Source: Cycas panzhihuaensis (Eukaryota; Plantae; Cycadophyta). Taken from it: a stretch of DNA of 64,000 bases. Location: NCBI GenBank assembly GCA_023213395.1, contig CM041465.1, positions 102,059,741 to 102,123,740 on the forward strand, given 5' to 3'. Of this stretch, positions 8,875 through 22,325 are shown in pieces. How positions within the stretch are numbered: the first letter of the stretch is position 1; each line of letters begins with the position of its first letter. A model generated the notes under the pieces. It did no database searches. It worked only from the letters and a program-made list of their open reading frames with translations, and was not told the DNA's origin. The translations under genes were made by a program, and so were the position numbers.

Positions 8875-11800
8875 CCTATGACTCAGAAATCAAGGCCATG
8901 CATATCTTTATAGTCTCACACAAAAACCAAGCAGAATTCATGAAAGAGATCCTTATACTAGGAGATCTCTTACTGAGTACAACTAGCTCCTAACTTGATA
9001 ATTGTAGGAACATCTCCTATCTATAGGACTATATCAATAGCTTGTTCCATAAGCATCATATTTCCTTCCTCAAAATGAGGACAGGTAGGTTCTATTAAAG
9101 AAATAGACTCCTAAGGTCAAGAATGATTAACTATAAATTTTGAAAAATCTAATTTATGATATCCACTAGAGAAACTAGGAGATGAACCTACTAGATGCTC
9201 TACAATCACCTCATCATTTTAAAAATGGTCCAAATGGAAGAGATTATTGATGAGAAGGTTTTTAGATTAGAAAGTAGATAGACAGAGAGGCACGAAAGAT
9301 GACCGAGGACCAACCAAAGAGTTTGGATAAGTGGGAACAAACTCCATGATTAAAGAAACATAAGAAAAGAAAATGGGCCTATTAATGAACTCCTAAATTG
9401 AAGAAAAAACTTGGTTAACTCTTGATGATTCACATAATATTCATGATTAGACCAAGATACTAGGATGAGAGAAGATAGACAAGGATCTATATAAGGATGG
9501 GTCAAAAAAGAAATAGTGGAGATGGAATTAACTTCCCATACTCTAGTGGAGGTATCACGACTATTTTGACCCATATCAAGTTAATCAGTATCTTTACCCC
9601 CTGATTTTAAGTTTAGATGTTGATATAATAACATCTTCCTCTTATGTCTATTCAACCATATCTTAAAGAAAGGAGAATAAGAGAAAGATGGGGCAGCATC
9701 AACACACGAATCATGCATAACTAAAATCAAAGAAGTAGTAAATAAAAAAGTGGTAACGGGAGGAACCATTACATTTACCCTTAAGGGCAAGCATAAAAGC
9801 TATGAGAAATGAGCCTAAATAAGAGGGAAGGTGGTTGTCGCAATAAGCCTAGCCAGGGGTGGACTTCCATGAGATATGATAGAGCAAGAAGCTACTTCTT
9901 CATCAGAAATAGAAGAAGAGGGAACTGAAGAGTAATTAATCGAGTATGAAGGAATAGTAATAGATGGGGAGCCTGATGATAAAGGAATAATTTCAACTAA
10001 ATCCACATCCTTTACTTCTAGTTGGGTAGAAGGGGCTTTAATAGTAAATTATTGACCTAGACTAAGCAATTAAAAGAAGTACTCCATAAAGTTTGAGGAT
10101 TTACCAAGTTCCAAAAAGGTCTCAATAAGAGGAATTGATTACTTAATAGGTTTTAACTTTCGCTTGATAATTTTCAATTGTCCCTTATGGATGAACCTAA
10201 GTTTACCAAAGAGGGAGAAACAAACCACTAACATTTGGGTGATCCATGGTCTACCCAAAAGAATGTTATACTCTAAGTCTAGATTGATAATAGTAAGCTC
10301 GGTAAGAACTATCATCACTTCTTCTAATGTAAGAGGAAGAGTGACTTGAACCAAGGGCACTTTCAGATTCTTATCATATCTTTGGAAAATCCACTTACAT
10401 GGGTCAAAAATAGAAATCTCTAAATCCTCAATAAGACAAAAAGGGATTACATTGACAGATGATCCCTCATTAATAATAACTTGATTGAGGATTATCAAAG
10501 CAAATATATATTATTTTAGATATTTATAGGTAATTTTAATGAGAATAATAATTGAAAAGGAACATATTTTACTTTAATAGATCTTATGGAGTACTGAATA
10601 AAATTTTGCTAAGGAAAACTAAGAAAAAACCCCTCCCTATATGTAAAGAAATGGATGAAAAAGAATTTCATTTTTACGTGAGGAAGGAGGAGAAAGGGAG
10701 GTAACTAGACACCATTTTCTTAGATTCCAAAGCAATAATTTCAACTAAATCTACATCTTTTACTTCTGATTGAGTAGAAGGGGCTTCAATAGTAAAGTAT
10801 TGACCCAGACTAAGCGATTAAAAGAAGTACTCTGTAGAGTTCAAGGATTTACCAAGTTCCAAAAAGGTCTCAATAAGAAGAAGTGATTGCTTAATGGGTA
10901 TCAGCTTTTGCTTGATAATTTTTAATTGTCCCTCATAGATGAACCTAAGTTCACTGAAGATGGAGGAATAAATTATTAATATTTGGGTGATCCATGGTCT
11001 ACCCAAAAGAGTATTATACTTTAAGTCTAGATTGATAATGGTAAGCTCAGTAAGAATTGTCTTTTCTTATAATGTAAGAGAAAGAGTGACTTGACCCAAG
11101 GGTACTTTTTTATTCTTATCATACCCTTGGAAAATCCACTTATATGGATCAAAAATAAAAATCTCTAAATCCTCAATGAGACAAAGAGGGATTACATTTA
11201 TAGATGATCCCTCGTCAATAATAACTCAATTGATATTAACATCGTCCTTCACAATCTTAATGTAAAATAGAGGTATGTTATTTAGTGCATGGGTAGAACG
11301 ACTATACAAGGTAGCTAGATCAAAATAAAGCATACAAGTGGGTGAAGAAACTACCACAAGAACTCCAATACATCAAACAAAAGTTAACATTACTTAGGGT
11401 AATACTTCATCAAATCGATAACTAATATGCCTACTGGAATAGTCTTTAATTCTTCTACCAAGGAGAATGATCTATCCTTTGAACTGGAGGAATGGACCTA
11501 AACTTGATGGGATGAAGGGGTACTAGAGGGAAAGAGGATTTCTTGCTATTGAATCATTAGATGATTTAGATGGACCTGTACTCTTTGTAGTCTCTACCAT
11601 GTTTATCACTATCTTGGTATCACCACCTTTAGGAGGTAGTTAGGATTGATTATTAATTCATTTTGTTAGAGTGTTCGGGAGAATGGTAGTTCTCTTTGAT
11701 GAATTAGAACTCGAAGGTTCACCTTCATTGTCTTGCACCTACTTTTCTTTACCTTTATCATCTTTATTTATCTTCTCATTATGTTGAGGCAATGGATCCT

Positions 11801-13938
11801 TATGGATCATTTGGTCTTGAGACAACTTAGAAGAGTAATTTGGTTGGGCACTTATATTTTGAGTTACATTTTGAACTATTTGGCACTCACTTCTATCATA
11901 TGCATCTATTTAATAGTATAAGTACCATTTTATCTTTCTAAAGGGAGGAGGAGGTTGGGGGGAATCTTGTTTCTTCCTCCCTTTAGTAAGGTGAATAATT
12001 TTAGTCTCTTATAAAGGCTAGCTCTGAGAAGGGATATCAACACATAATTTAGTATTGATCACATACTCTAATGATCTAATAGAAGAGGTTAGATGATCAT
12101 AAGTGGGTTTAGGATGGGAAGCCTTTATGGTTTGAATTATTTCTTTAGAAGGTATAGGTTTTCTAACATTCTTGATACTTGCTTGAATTTCAAAAGGTTT
12201 TAAGGCTAAGCAATGATCAACCACTTTTTCATACGTTTGAAGGCCAAGTTTTTGAACTTCTAAGTGCATGTAGGGCCTCAATACATTAGTAAATATATCA
12301 GATAATAGACTAGGGTCAAGATGTGAATGACAATCATGTACCTAATCTTAAAATCTCCTAATAAAGTCCCTTGATGTGTCATCATGATTCTACTTAATAG
12401 CTAATAAAGATTTAATACCTAATTCAAATGGTCTCACCATATCAAAATAGTTGATAAAAGAGTCAACTAATTATTAGAATAAGAGGATGGAAGCTAAAGG
12501 GAGATGGTAAAACCACTTCAAGGCATTGACTTGAAGTAATTTAGGGAACGGGCACATCATGACATAATCATATGGCATAAAATCTTTGCAAGCAAGTGAA
12601 AATATCTCTATGTGAGAAGCAAGATCCCAAGAAGAGTCACTAAAAAATTTAGGCAACTAAGGAAGAAATGAAGGCATAGGAGATAACAAGATCTCACATG
12701 GAAAGAAAGACTTCATATAATCAAGGAAGGGTCTCCTTGACCTCAATATAGTAGAATGTTGAGGTAAGGATGATGAATAAGGAATATATGAATGGATAGG
12801 TTGTTACGATTATGGTTGTTATTATGACTGTAAAACATCATAAGATGGAAAAATAAAAGGGGGATTAAACCATGCTATGAGGTTAACCATATAGTTGGTT
12901 TGAGGTATAAGGTGTTGACAAAAAATTAGATTAAAAGTATAAAAAATATTAGGTTGTGGAGTGGGTCTGGGAATATGTGAAGAAGAAGTGGAATTAGAAA
13001 CCCTCAAAGCCTGTGATTGACTCACCAAAGTATGAGGATGAGTGGAATGAGTATGAGAAATATATTGAGAAGAGGGAATCATATTAGACACTTTAAGAGA
13101 TGATGGATAAGTTCTAATACCATGGGACCAAATGGTATGTGATGTATGAAGGGATAATTGAGTGGTAGAGGAAATAGAATGGGAAGAGGCAATCCTAGTG
13201 AAATAAGGATGAATTAGTCATAAACTAGGTGAAGTGATAACCACTTGACTAGAAGTGGTTATATGCATAAAACTAAGGTTTCCATTGGTAGTAATGGTGG
13301 TAGTACCTCCATGTATACGAGGTATGAAATGAAGGGAGTGAATCCAAACTTGTTGTCTATGAGGAGATTGACGTGCCTATGAATGAGTTGATTTATAGTC
13401 GTCAATCTCCTCTAAAGATGGGAAATGGGATTGTGATATAGGTCTTGGTGAGCAGCTATAAGAAGGATGAGGAGACCTAATGACATCAAGTGGAGGCTCT
13501 ACTCCTATTGTTTTATAATCCTACCTAAGGGATCAATCTGAAGATGGTGTGGTAGGGATGCCATAGTATGGGTCTCCAGGCAAAATGGGTCTTGGTAACT
13601 AGGCATGCATAATGGAGTAGAAATCCTAATAAGAACCAGCTCAAAGAAGGATGAATGTAGTTGACCAAAAGGTGGTTATTTTTATGCAAAAGAGGGATCT
13701 ATAACAGAAGAATCACCTAGGTATTGAGAGGGTTCAAGGTATCCTTATTCTACTAGTATATTATACAATTGGGTTGAATCATCAGGAGGATAAACATGAG
13801 TGTCATGCACTTGAAGCTCTGAAGATTCAACATTGGATAATGAGACTTCTTGACCAAAGTGTAAAGGGCACACTTAAGAATTAAGTGGAAGGCCTTGGAT
13901 CTTTAAGGAGCACCTGGGAGTAGGTGTTTAGTTTCCAT
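8875..13938 (-). pseudogene. Degenerate gag-protease and RT N-terminus of B
   Basis: Gag core PKFFSDSSWDLASHIEIF...NALKWFYHLP; protease VII(D/N)EGSSVNVIP...YNILLGRPWI; pre-RT segment GDVPTIIKLGASCT; many stops. Confidence 0.85.
9986..11232. repeat. Duplicated protease segment (~9986-10498 and ~10735-11232) separated by a copy of 3' region ~4190-4368
   Basis: Two diverged copies of AATAATTTCAACTAAATC...GATGATCCCTC; 10555-10733 aligns with 4190-4368. Confidence 0.85.
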
Positions 13939-13964
13939 CACTTTAAAAGAAAATAAATGGTAGC

Positions 13965-13983
13965 TCCCAAATATGGTCACCCA
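13965..13983 (-). promoter_or_regulatory. PBS of element B (TGGGTGACCATATTTGGGA)
   Basis: Position just upstream of gag; similar to the C motif TGGTGACCATACTGGAGA and to tRNA-Arg-type PBSs of Tat/Ogre. Confidence 0.5.
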
Positions 13984-13988
13984 AAAGA

Positions 13989-16355
13989 TGGTACGTTCTT
14001 GAGAGGACCTAAACTAGATATCCCTCAATTACTAAGGTATCATCTTTATCTCAATTAAAAGTGGGAAATATAGAGTTCAAGAAGTCTTAAGAGACCACCT
14101 TTTCCCAACTCCTGAGAAGGAGTCTTTGCCTAGTTATGGCGACTAATAAAGTATGAATGTAAAATGCGGTGAAGTATGTCCACTAACCTACAGAACTGGG
14201 TGAAGGAGTTCTAGATTTAGAACTACATTGACAATATTTTCAATATCCTTCCTAGGGACTCCTTTCATAAAATCTTTTCAATCTTTCGGGTTCTACTTAG
14301 ATATAGGAAAGGGTAAGCAAATGGGAAAGTTGTCTTTCATATTTTACTCATGTTTTTTTTTTTTTTTCTTTATTTGTATTTACTTTGTCTTTCTTTTAGT
14401 TTTGTTCTTCTTTTCTTTTTTTTTTTGTATTTCCTTTTTGTAATTTTTTTTTTTTAATGTTTGTTATGCTCAACAAAGCAAAACAAAATGCATCAAAATG
14501 CCTACTTTACTTTCAATCAATAAACAAAGGAAAACTAAAACTAGATGCATGCAAATTTTTTATGCCTTTTTCCTTTTTCTTTCAAAGATGAAAGATGCAA
14601 ATACAAATCTAAAATTATCCTTCTACATGTAATATATGCACCTTGCAAAGAATAGAAAGATACTTTTAAAGAGATGCAATACACATAATATGATTGTGTA
14701 AGTTTTCCAAAGAGACCAATAACATACAAAACTAGTTGATAGACTTTGTCTTGTACACATTAAACCATTTCTTTAAAAAGATGATGCATAATGTAAAAAA
14801 TAAAGAGATTTAAAAAAGATGTTACTATTGTTTTTTAATGATTTTTTGGACCTATGAGATTATACACAAACAACAAATTTGAACCACAACTCTCATACAA
14901 GGTACTAGTTTTGAAGGTTCTATTATAGTTGGAGTAAGAGAGACTCCAAGAAGATCCTTGAACCTTTAAGAAGCTAAAAAATTAGAAATACATTTTCTAT
15001 TCAACACTTTCAACTTTTCTTTTGAAGAGAGAAAAGGTAAACTTAAAAGTGAAATCAAGTAAACCACAAAATTATGAGATTGAAACTTCTTTCCTATTAT
15101 AAATAGATGCCTCAGAATGAAAATTTTCCTTCTAACTTATCAATATTTTCCAATGCTTTCCTTTAAAACAAATCAAGGAAGAGTACCAACAAATAAAAAA
15201 GGCTAAACCATAGCCAAACAATGTCAAAAAAGAGTGGTAAATTGCCTAAAATGCAAACTACTATTAAAGAATGGGAAGGGATATAGTTAGATAAATAGTA
15301 GAGAGATGACCATGCTCCACCTTAGTCTAACCCTTATAAACCCCATAAAAGGCTAGCCTTTCAACAAGTATTTCAAAACCCAAAATGAATACAAGACCAA
15401 TGCAATAATCAGCCAAGGAAAAGAGTAACTTCTAAGCAAAAACAACCTTCAAAATAGTGTGAAATAAACTAGAAACTAAATAGAAAAGACCTTACCCATT
15501 CAGAAGAAGTTTGAAGCTTGAAACGTTGAGAAAACGTCCAAAGAATTAAAGCTTAGACCATCAATATTTGAATATTAGTAACACATGAAGTCACAACAAC
15601 AAAAATCTTCCTTGATTCCACCGACAAGCCTCTTTAAAATATAAATTTTAGTTACAACAGTAGCAGTCCTCAAAATCTCTAAGAAAAACTCAAAAAATCC
15701 ACCATAAACTTGAGCAAATCACATACTAACTCATCAACAATGAATCATAAAACCCTTGTTGTCATTCTTAGGTATCAAAGAGATAAGATTCCACTTAATC
15801 TGAGTAGCAACATGTAAAATTCAGGTGCCCTAGCTAATTTTTACGTGCATGGCAGTCAAAAATGCAACTAGTCACATTTTTAGCAACGCCAAAAACATGA
15901 CAAATGTGAAGGTAAAAACTTACTAAAAAAAAGTCAAAATTTAATATTAAAAATAAATTGAAGTACAAATGACTTGATAAATGAGTAAATAGGCCTAGAA
16001 TAAGGTGAAAATATTAAATATAAGCCTAAAAATAACAAAAATGACAAAGTTGGATAAAATCAAAGATAAAGTACAAAAATAACAAGTTTTAAAGGAGGCA
16101 TTAAGTTAAATTGATCACGACGAAAAACGTTTAGTGCCATAGTTTAAGTCATTGGTAGGTGATGGTAAAAATATAGATCACATCATCATTCATCATAAAT
16201 CATTAAATAAGATTCATACATTCCTTCATCAAAACATGGCCTAATTCATGATTGAACAAGTCCATCATTCATTTTCTTTGAAACCATATAATAAATATGT
16301 CAAAACTTATAAATACCAACCAAATACAAATTAAAGGCCAATTTTTGGTAAAACA
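13989..16355 (-). repeat. Putative 5' LTR of element B (~2.4 kb)
   Basis: Shared blocks with 53189-55640, e.g. 14100-14135 vs 55540-55575 and 16130-16155 vs 53358-53385; TG start on minus strand. Confidence 0.6.
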
Positions 16356-19235
16356 AGAGGATTAGCTACTTACGGTTTATTGCAAGCAGGGGTCCAAGGT
16401 AGTTGGTCTAGTACCTAAAGGATTGCCCTTAAGAATCTAGGGTTTATGACACCAAGGCATAGGGAGTGAGAAGGTGTTGCAATCATTTGGTTACAACTAG
16501 GGTTTGCACTTTTCATTGAATGCGAGAAGGAGGAAAAGAAGGGTAGTTATTTTTCTTATTTGTGGAATAGGTTTGTGTTGCAATAATGGTAGTCATTTTG
16601 ATGTTTTGGAAACAAGTAAACACTTTGTAATAAAAACAACCTAGCTACTCTCCCTTGCTCTTATTTCACTTTTTCTCTCAAGGGATTATTTAGAGGAGTG
16701 AAAGGAAAGAAAAAGAATATAATGGTTACTTATTTATGACTAACCCCTTTTTTTAGTGTAGTAAATGAAAGGAATGCAATAATATTTCCTATTTATGCAA
16801 GGAGGAAGCCAATGTACCCTTTTTCATTTTAAATCTTTTCACTGTATAGTATGCAAAGATAAGTAGAAAGAGAAAACATACAAACTTTTATTTTAAATAT
16901 GAGGGAAAAAGAAAGAAAGCCTAGTCTATGCCATGCATTTCTTTTTTATGCAATGTGTAAGCATGCAAGAATAGAAACATTTTTTTCCCTTTTCACTACA
17001 CTTTTATTTTCTTTAGGGCAAGGGGGTGAGAGAGTGAGGAAGAGAAAAGGTTAAGTGGAATGCACCCAGATACACGATAATTGGCAGAGTGGTACAACTC
17101 TTCTTCACGTATCCTCCTTACCGACAACTTCATTGCTCTTGGTGCTATAGATGTCATTGGTGGAGTTTAGGTGGAGGTTCCTTACCTTCCCCAAGATATC
17201 AAGCCAAACTAGTGCAAAATAAAAGAGAGAGAGGGGTATGAAACATAAAATATACTCAAAATAAGGATTGCATTACCTCCTTACAATTTTCCGCCTCACT
17301 TACTAGGATGGGGCCTTTAACCTATACAATAAAGGAAACAACTCTTCTACAAGCAACAACAAGCATATATATGTATATCTTTATAAGTGTGTTAGTCACT
17401 AGAAAATAATGAAGTGTTAAAATTTTAGTTTCTAACTTGCAACAGCAAAATAAAAACCAAATTCTATTTTTTACCACGGAATATTTCCATGTAACATTGA
17501 GAAGAGAAAAGGAGAAGACAAGAAGACAAGAGGGGTTACCTCAGGATAGCAAGCTCCCCTATGTGGTGGTATTCCCCAAGTGGCTATGGGTGCCTTACTC
17601 GAAGTCACTGTTTGGATTGGTATTTTAGAGGAGTATATCAAGTTACAAGAAAAATGTTATGCAAGTTTCACAATTGTAAATGCCACATTGGCAAGATGGA
17701 GGTATGGAAGGATGTCATGAAGCTTGGGAAGGGGGTTTGCCCAAGTAGAAGGGGCCTATTAGAGTTAGAACTTGGGCCAATGGACCTTCCTATAACTTCC
17801 CTTGGCTAATTAGACTCCATATCCTCTATTTACCAATGGTTTGGAAGTGAAACAAGGAGTTTTGTAGGTAAAAAGAGGTGTTGCCTCCCATATCCTCAAG
17901 GAAACAAGACTAGTGCATATGAAACTTTTCCTACATTCTAAAATTAACACCATATGCAACAAATATTTAAGGAAAACAATGGAAACTTAAGTGTTTTAGC
18001 AATGAAAATTTGTAGCAATGTAGCTTACCCCTTGGTTGAAGGAGAGGTTGAGGTAGAAGGATGTTTTTAGCTAAGAAATTGAGAGTCTCAAAGAAGAAAT
18101 TTATGTTTTTTGGGGAGGAAACCAGCTCTTCTTTATGCCTTAATAGCTTGGGGCTAGTTTAATGCTATTGTAGAGCTTGATCCTACTTGCTTTCCCTTGT
18201 TGAAACATTATTCTGTATGTGGACTATAAGTAGATATCAAGAGGATGAAAATTTTTTGAGTGAAATGTGGAGTTGAGTAGAAAAATTTTATTAAAGAGAA
18301 AGAAAATGAGCTTGAATTAAGATTTTTATGGTTTGGGTGTGGTCTTGGGATTGTTAGGGCTTGATCTGGGTTGGTCCCAAGGTTGAATCCTATGTTAGGC
18401 CCATATTAAATACATTTTTAGTTATTTTTTGTTACGTTTAAACTTATAATAGTCGCACCACGAATTGATTTGTGGCACTGCTAATATATTAGCAGTATCA
18501 CTAATATATTAGTGGGGTGCAATAATCAAAGTTGTGTGAACAAAAAAGATGGTGGGGTGATAACAGGTTCACAAAAATTTGGTAAAAAGCTAATAAATAT
18601 CAATTAAAAGGGGTAAAACATGATAAGGTGGACTATTGAACGGTATGAAACATCCCCCTAAAGACCAATAGGCCAATCCTGGGCTATTCTATGAATAGAA
18701 AAACACTAGAAACATACAAGGAATGAATCAAAACAAGTTAGGATTTAATGTAATAATGATAACCATGCATGCTAGGATACAAAAAGGCCCAACTAGTCAC
18801 CACTAAAAATCATTAGCAAACCTTGCATAGAGTGAGTAATGAGGGGCACCTTTTCATAGGCAAAAACCTCAATAAACATCCCTTGGCAGGCCAAGGGATA
18901 AACAAGTTATAACAAAGAAAAAAGATGTTATAAAAGAGTATGAACAAGCTAAGAGTCACCAAGCTAGGCTATGAAAGTGTGTGAGGAACCAATCGCCAGG
19001 AGGGGATTCACTATGGGAGCTCAATATCACCATTGGACCGAAGTCATAGTCATCATAGGTAGGGATTATATGCAGGCAAAGGGAACAGACATGTAATCCA
19101 AGTAACCAAGCAATGATACAATCATCATGTAACCTAATAATCAAAGCAATGGAACAAAAAGAGAAAGGGGAAAAGTGTATACCTGATCTTACCTGTGCGG
19201 TGTCATCCCTATCCATTTCCAATGGCTAGGAAATA
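16356..19235 (-). mobile_element. Old LTR remnant of the A family, interrupted by B
   Basis: 19140-19235 aligns with 3745-3837 (AATCAA..GCA..TATACCTGA...TCCATT.CCA.T.GCT.GGAAATA); similar palindromes at 18475-18515. Confidence 0.65.
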
Positions 19236-19886
19236 ACTGATTAGCAATTTAATGCCCATGTTAGCCCATTCTTTGTTAAGTACTACTTGACCTCCACTTT
19301 CTTATCACTTTTATTTACTACTTTTAATGTTATTTCTTAAGCCTTAATTACACCTTTAACTCGATTCTTCGTAGTACTTGATCTCCTTTGACTATGTCAT
19401 CAGCTTGTAAGTTCCTCTTACTACCTTATTCATTACCAGTTGAGCTCTTAGGTGCCTTGGTTCCCTCTTCCTAGCTTCATTAGAACATTACTTTTCATAT
19501 CAAGCATCACTTTATTAGTTTTTTCTACCTTTTCTCCATCCCAATTTTACCTAAGAGTTGGTCTATCACACTTATAACTTAAATAGGAACTTATGGTGCT
19601 TCTTGCATGCTCCTTGTTATAGGTAGATGTCTTAGTTCTCCATGGTCACTGACTAGAGAACCTTGCTTGATGCATGTCCTATAACCAACACTCAAGATCA
19701 TCATATGAATTGCCTTTTATGCCTTGCGATTTGAGCCTCTCCATTAGGTGCTCATTGCTCAGTGTTGATTTAGTTTAAACATTGCTGATATGACAACTCT
19801 CTTAGTATCCTCATGGTTTGATCTGCCTTCACACCTACCTTATACCACCTAAGTGAATATATATGTATATGCCCTCTTAAAGCAAC

Positions 19887-19890
<4 letters not shown>

Positions 19891-19918
<28 letters not shown>
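19891..19918. repeat. (GA)n microsatellite
   Basis: Direct reading. Confidence 0.95.
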
Positions 19919-19921
<3 letters not shown>

Positions 19922-21527
19922 CCAAAAAGGGTATATAAAAAACATAGAGTACATTTTAAGAGGGTATATCTGCCACCACCTTCTTAGCATCTAGCATAAG
20001 TTACATGACAGCCTCATCTCTACCTATGATTGGTAGGTTAGATCTAGATGTGTGGACCATTTCAAGACTTTCAGATCTTATTATTTAAACCCACTATAGT
20101 CTCAATTGTGATTAAAACCCACTTAGTATGGTTACCACTTCAGGTAGATATTTAGAGGAGGTTGCGATGTCGGTGCATGATTATTCATGAGGACTAGGAG
20201 TGACTAGTGTTTCAATCAGATCTCCATGCCTGCTTGAGTCCTTTTGTTGATTGATTAATTCACACCATATCCCTTCATTTAATGACCCTATCTTAACTCA
20301 TCATTGCATATCCTCATGGCATTGATCATCCACACTGATGGGGTAGCCATGGGAATCTTGGCCATCTGTCATAGCCTAGACCATTCGAGATCATCTTGGG
20401 TATATCTTGATTTGATCTAGAGTCTACTTATTTAAATACACCAATAATGAAGCTGAGTAAAACATTGTTATAGAGGCCTTGATAAATGCACTCTACTTCC
20501 ACCATGGCTCCATTACCTTGTATTGCGACTCCTAGATTATCGTATCCCAACTCATTCAAGTTTATCAAGTCCATTATCTATGATTGAGGTCTTTAGCCAC
20601 ATCTACTAGGTCTCTCTTAGCTAAGTTCTCTTCCATTTCCATTCACTATATTCCATATGGATATAATACTGAGGCTAATAGGTTGGTAAATTTTATTCTT
20701 GAGCATCATTTACTATTGGTAGATGGCTCTCTTTTGGCCCAATGACCCTCTCATTAAGACATGCATCTAGGGGGTAATCCCCCCTAGTCTCACCTCTAAA
20801 GGGTACTCACTAAAGAGATTAAACTATGGTGACAATCACGAGCATCCTTAGCCCCAATAAGAGCCTAAACTATTGCCATACTCTGAAACAAGGGTAAACT
20901 ACTTTATATGGTTGTAAGTATTGGACTAAGGTATGGATTCCATAGGTTACATTGCTCTTTCATGTTCTATATCCTCAATCTTCTTATTTCATCATCCTTC
21001 TCTTTGTTCACATTTTTCCTTTTATATAACTCTTATTTACAAAAACCTAAAAGATAATAGAAAATCTTTTTAAAATATAAAAAAATTATAAAACATTAAA
21101 AACCAATGAATATGGCTCTAAGAAGAGCCCAAATAACTCTACCTCTAAAAGACAACTACTAATGAGGTAAAACTATGGCCACCCATATCAACGCATTAAG
21201 TCTTTCTCCCAGTTGGGTATTTGAGACATCACTTTATATATTAAAGGGACTTTGGGTTTCCAAATCCTATTCTTTAGCCCCGCCATCCACCTTGACTTAC
21301 CATCAAGACAATGCCTTGATCACCTATCACCCCCACTTGTACATGCCTAGGATTTGTAGCCATTGACATAATTAAATTGATACAATCATTGAACCATAAT
21401 CCTCCCTAACCTATACACCTCGAACGTAGTTTCCTTAAGAAGCAAAACTAAGAGAAACACCCTCCAACCTGTTACTAACGAGGCCCAACTATAGTAGTCA
21501 TCACCCTAGGTTATACATATATATTTG

Positions 21528-21563
<36 letters not shown>
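21528..21563. repeat. (ATT)n microsatellite
   Basis: Direct reading. Confidence 0.95.
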
Positions 21564-22019
21564 GCATCTCATATCATGTATGTTGGCAATATTCACCATC
21601 TTCCAGCTTGAGATTGAAGAGGTTCAATTGTTAAGGAGGTAGAGTTTCTCGACTTCTAAGAATAGATTTGGATATACTAACAAATATGTAAGTGCAAGTA
21701 TGCCTTGAAATAGGTTAATATATCAAGGTTATTTATGTAAATTAATTAAGTGACCTTAGGATATATTATTAGTATTAGTCTCTTAGTGAAATGTACTTTA
21801 TATGCATTTAGATGTAATTTCAGGTTCATGTCATTAGACAAGAAAATCCTAACCCTAATGCTCACCCTCAATAATAAAAGGCGAAATCTTAAGGAGGGAG
21901 TTATTATTTATTCTCACCTCCAAGCTTTGCTCTTATATCTTGTTTTATCTCTTTTTAATTCTCCATTACCATTGTGTGCATATGAGTGTTTTATTCCCTA
22001 GATCTATCCTTCCTTCGTA

Positions 22020-22031
22020 TGGTATCAGAGC
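22020..22031 (+). promoter_or_regulatory. PBS, tRNA-iMet type (TGGTATCAGAGC)
   Basis: Perfect canonical match. Confidence 0.9.
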
Positions 22032-22162
22032 CCAGGTTCAAGGTTTAAATCGCATATGCCAAACAAAGACACTTTCCCCATAAGGGTCCCCATGTGCCCT
22101 CATTCAGGTGTAACTATAACATAGGTGATACATGTTATGGTGGCCTTTTCATCATAGGGGAG

Positions 22163-22325
22163 TGTTGGACTATGGTTGGTTCACTTGTTAAGGAGTCCTC
22201 TTCATAAATCACCCATGGGCTTTTGGTGTAATGGTAAGTCACAAGAGTTAGACTATGGCCAGTTCACTTTCCAAGAGTCCTCTTTCTAAATCACCCATGG
22301 ATTTTTGGTGTAACGACAAGTCACA
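22163..22325 (+). repeat. Two tandem ~81-bp units (22163-22243, 22246-22325) preceded by a PPT and followed by a second PBS
   Basis: AGGGGAG|TGTTGGACTATGG...AAGTCACA, repeated, then AG-TGGTATTAGAGC at 22328. Confidence 0.75.

Larger units (their letters stand above)
3838..16355 (-). mobile_element. Element B: degenerate, internally deleted Tat-like Ty3/gypsy element (3' end outside window)
   Basis: 5' LTR ~13989-16355 (TGTTTTACC start on minus), PBS 13965-13983, gag from 13938, protease ~11300-10800 (duplicated), RT N-terminus truncated ~8875, aRH ~7490-7875, antisense PMD-like ORF, 3' repeats. Colinear similarity with element C. Confidence 0.8.

Noticed and set aside
17482-17488. TATTTCC as the inner end of the old A LTR
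   Set aside because: No convincing PBS next to it, and similarity to the young A LTR appears to continue left to ~16360
22020-22060. tRNA gene
   Set aside because: Only PBS complementarity and a B-box-like word; no cloverleaf
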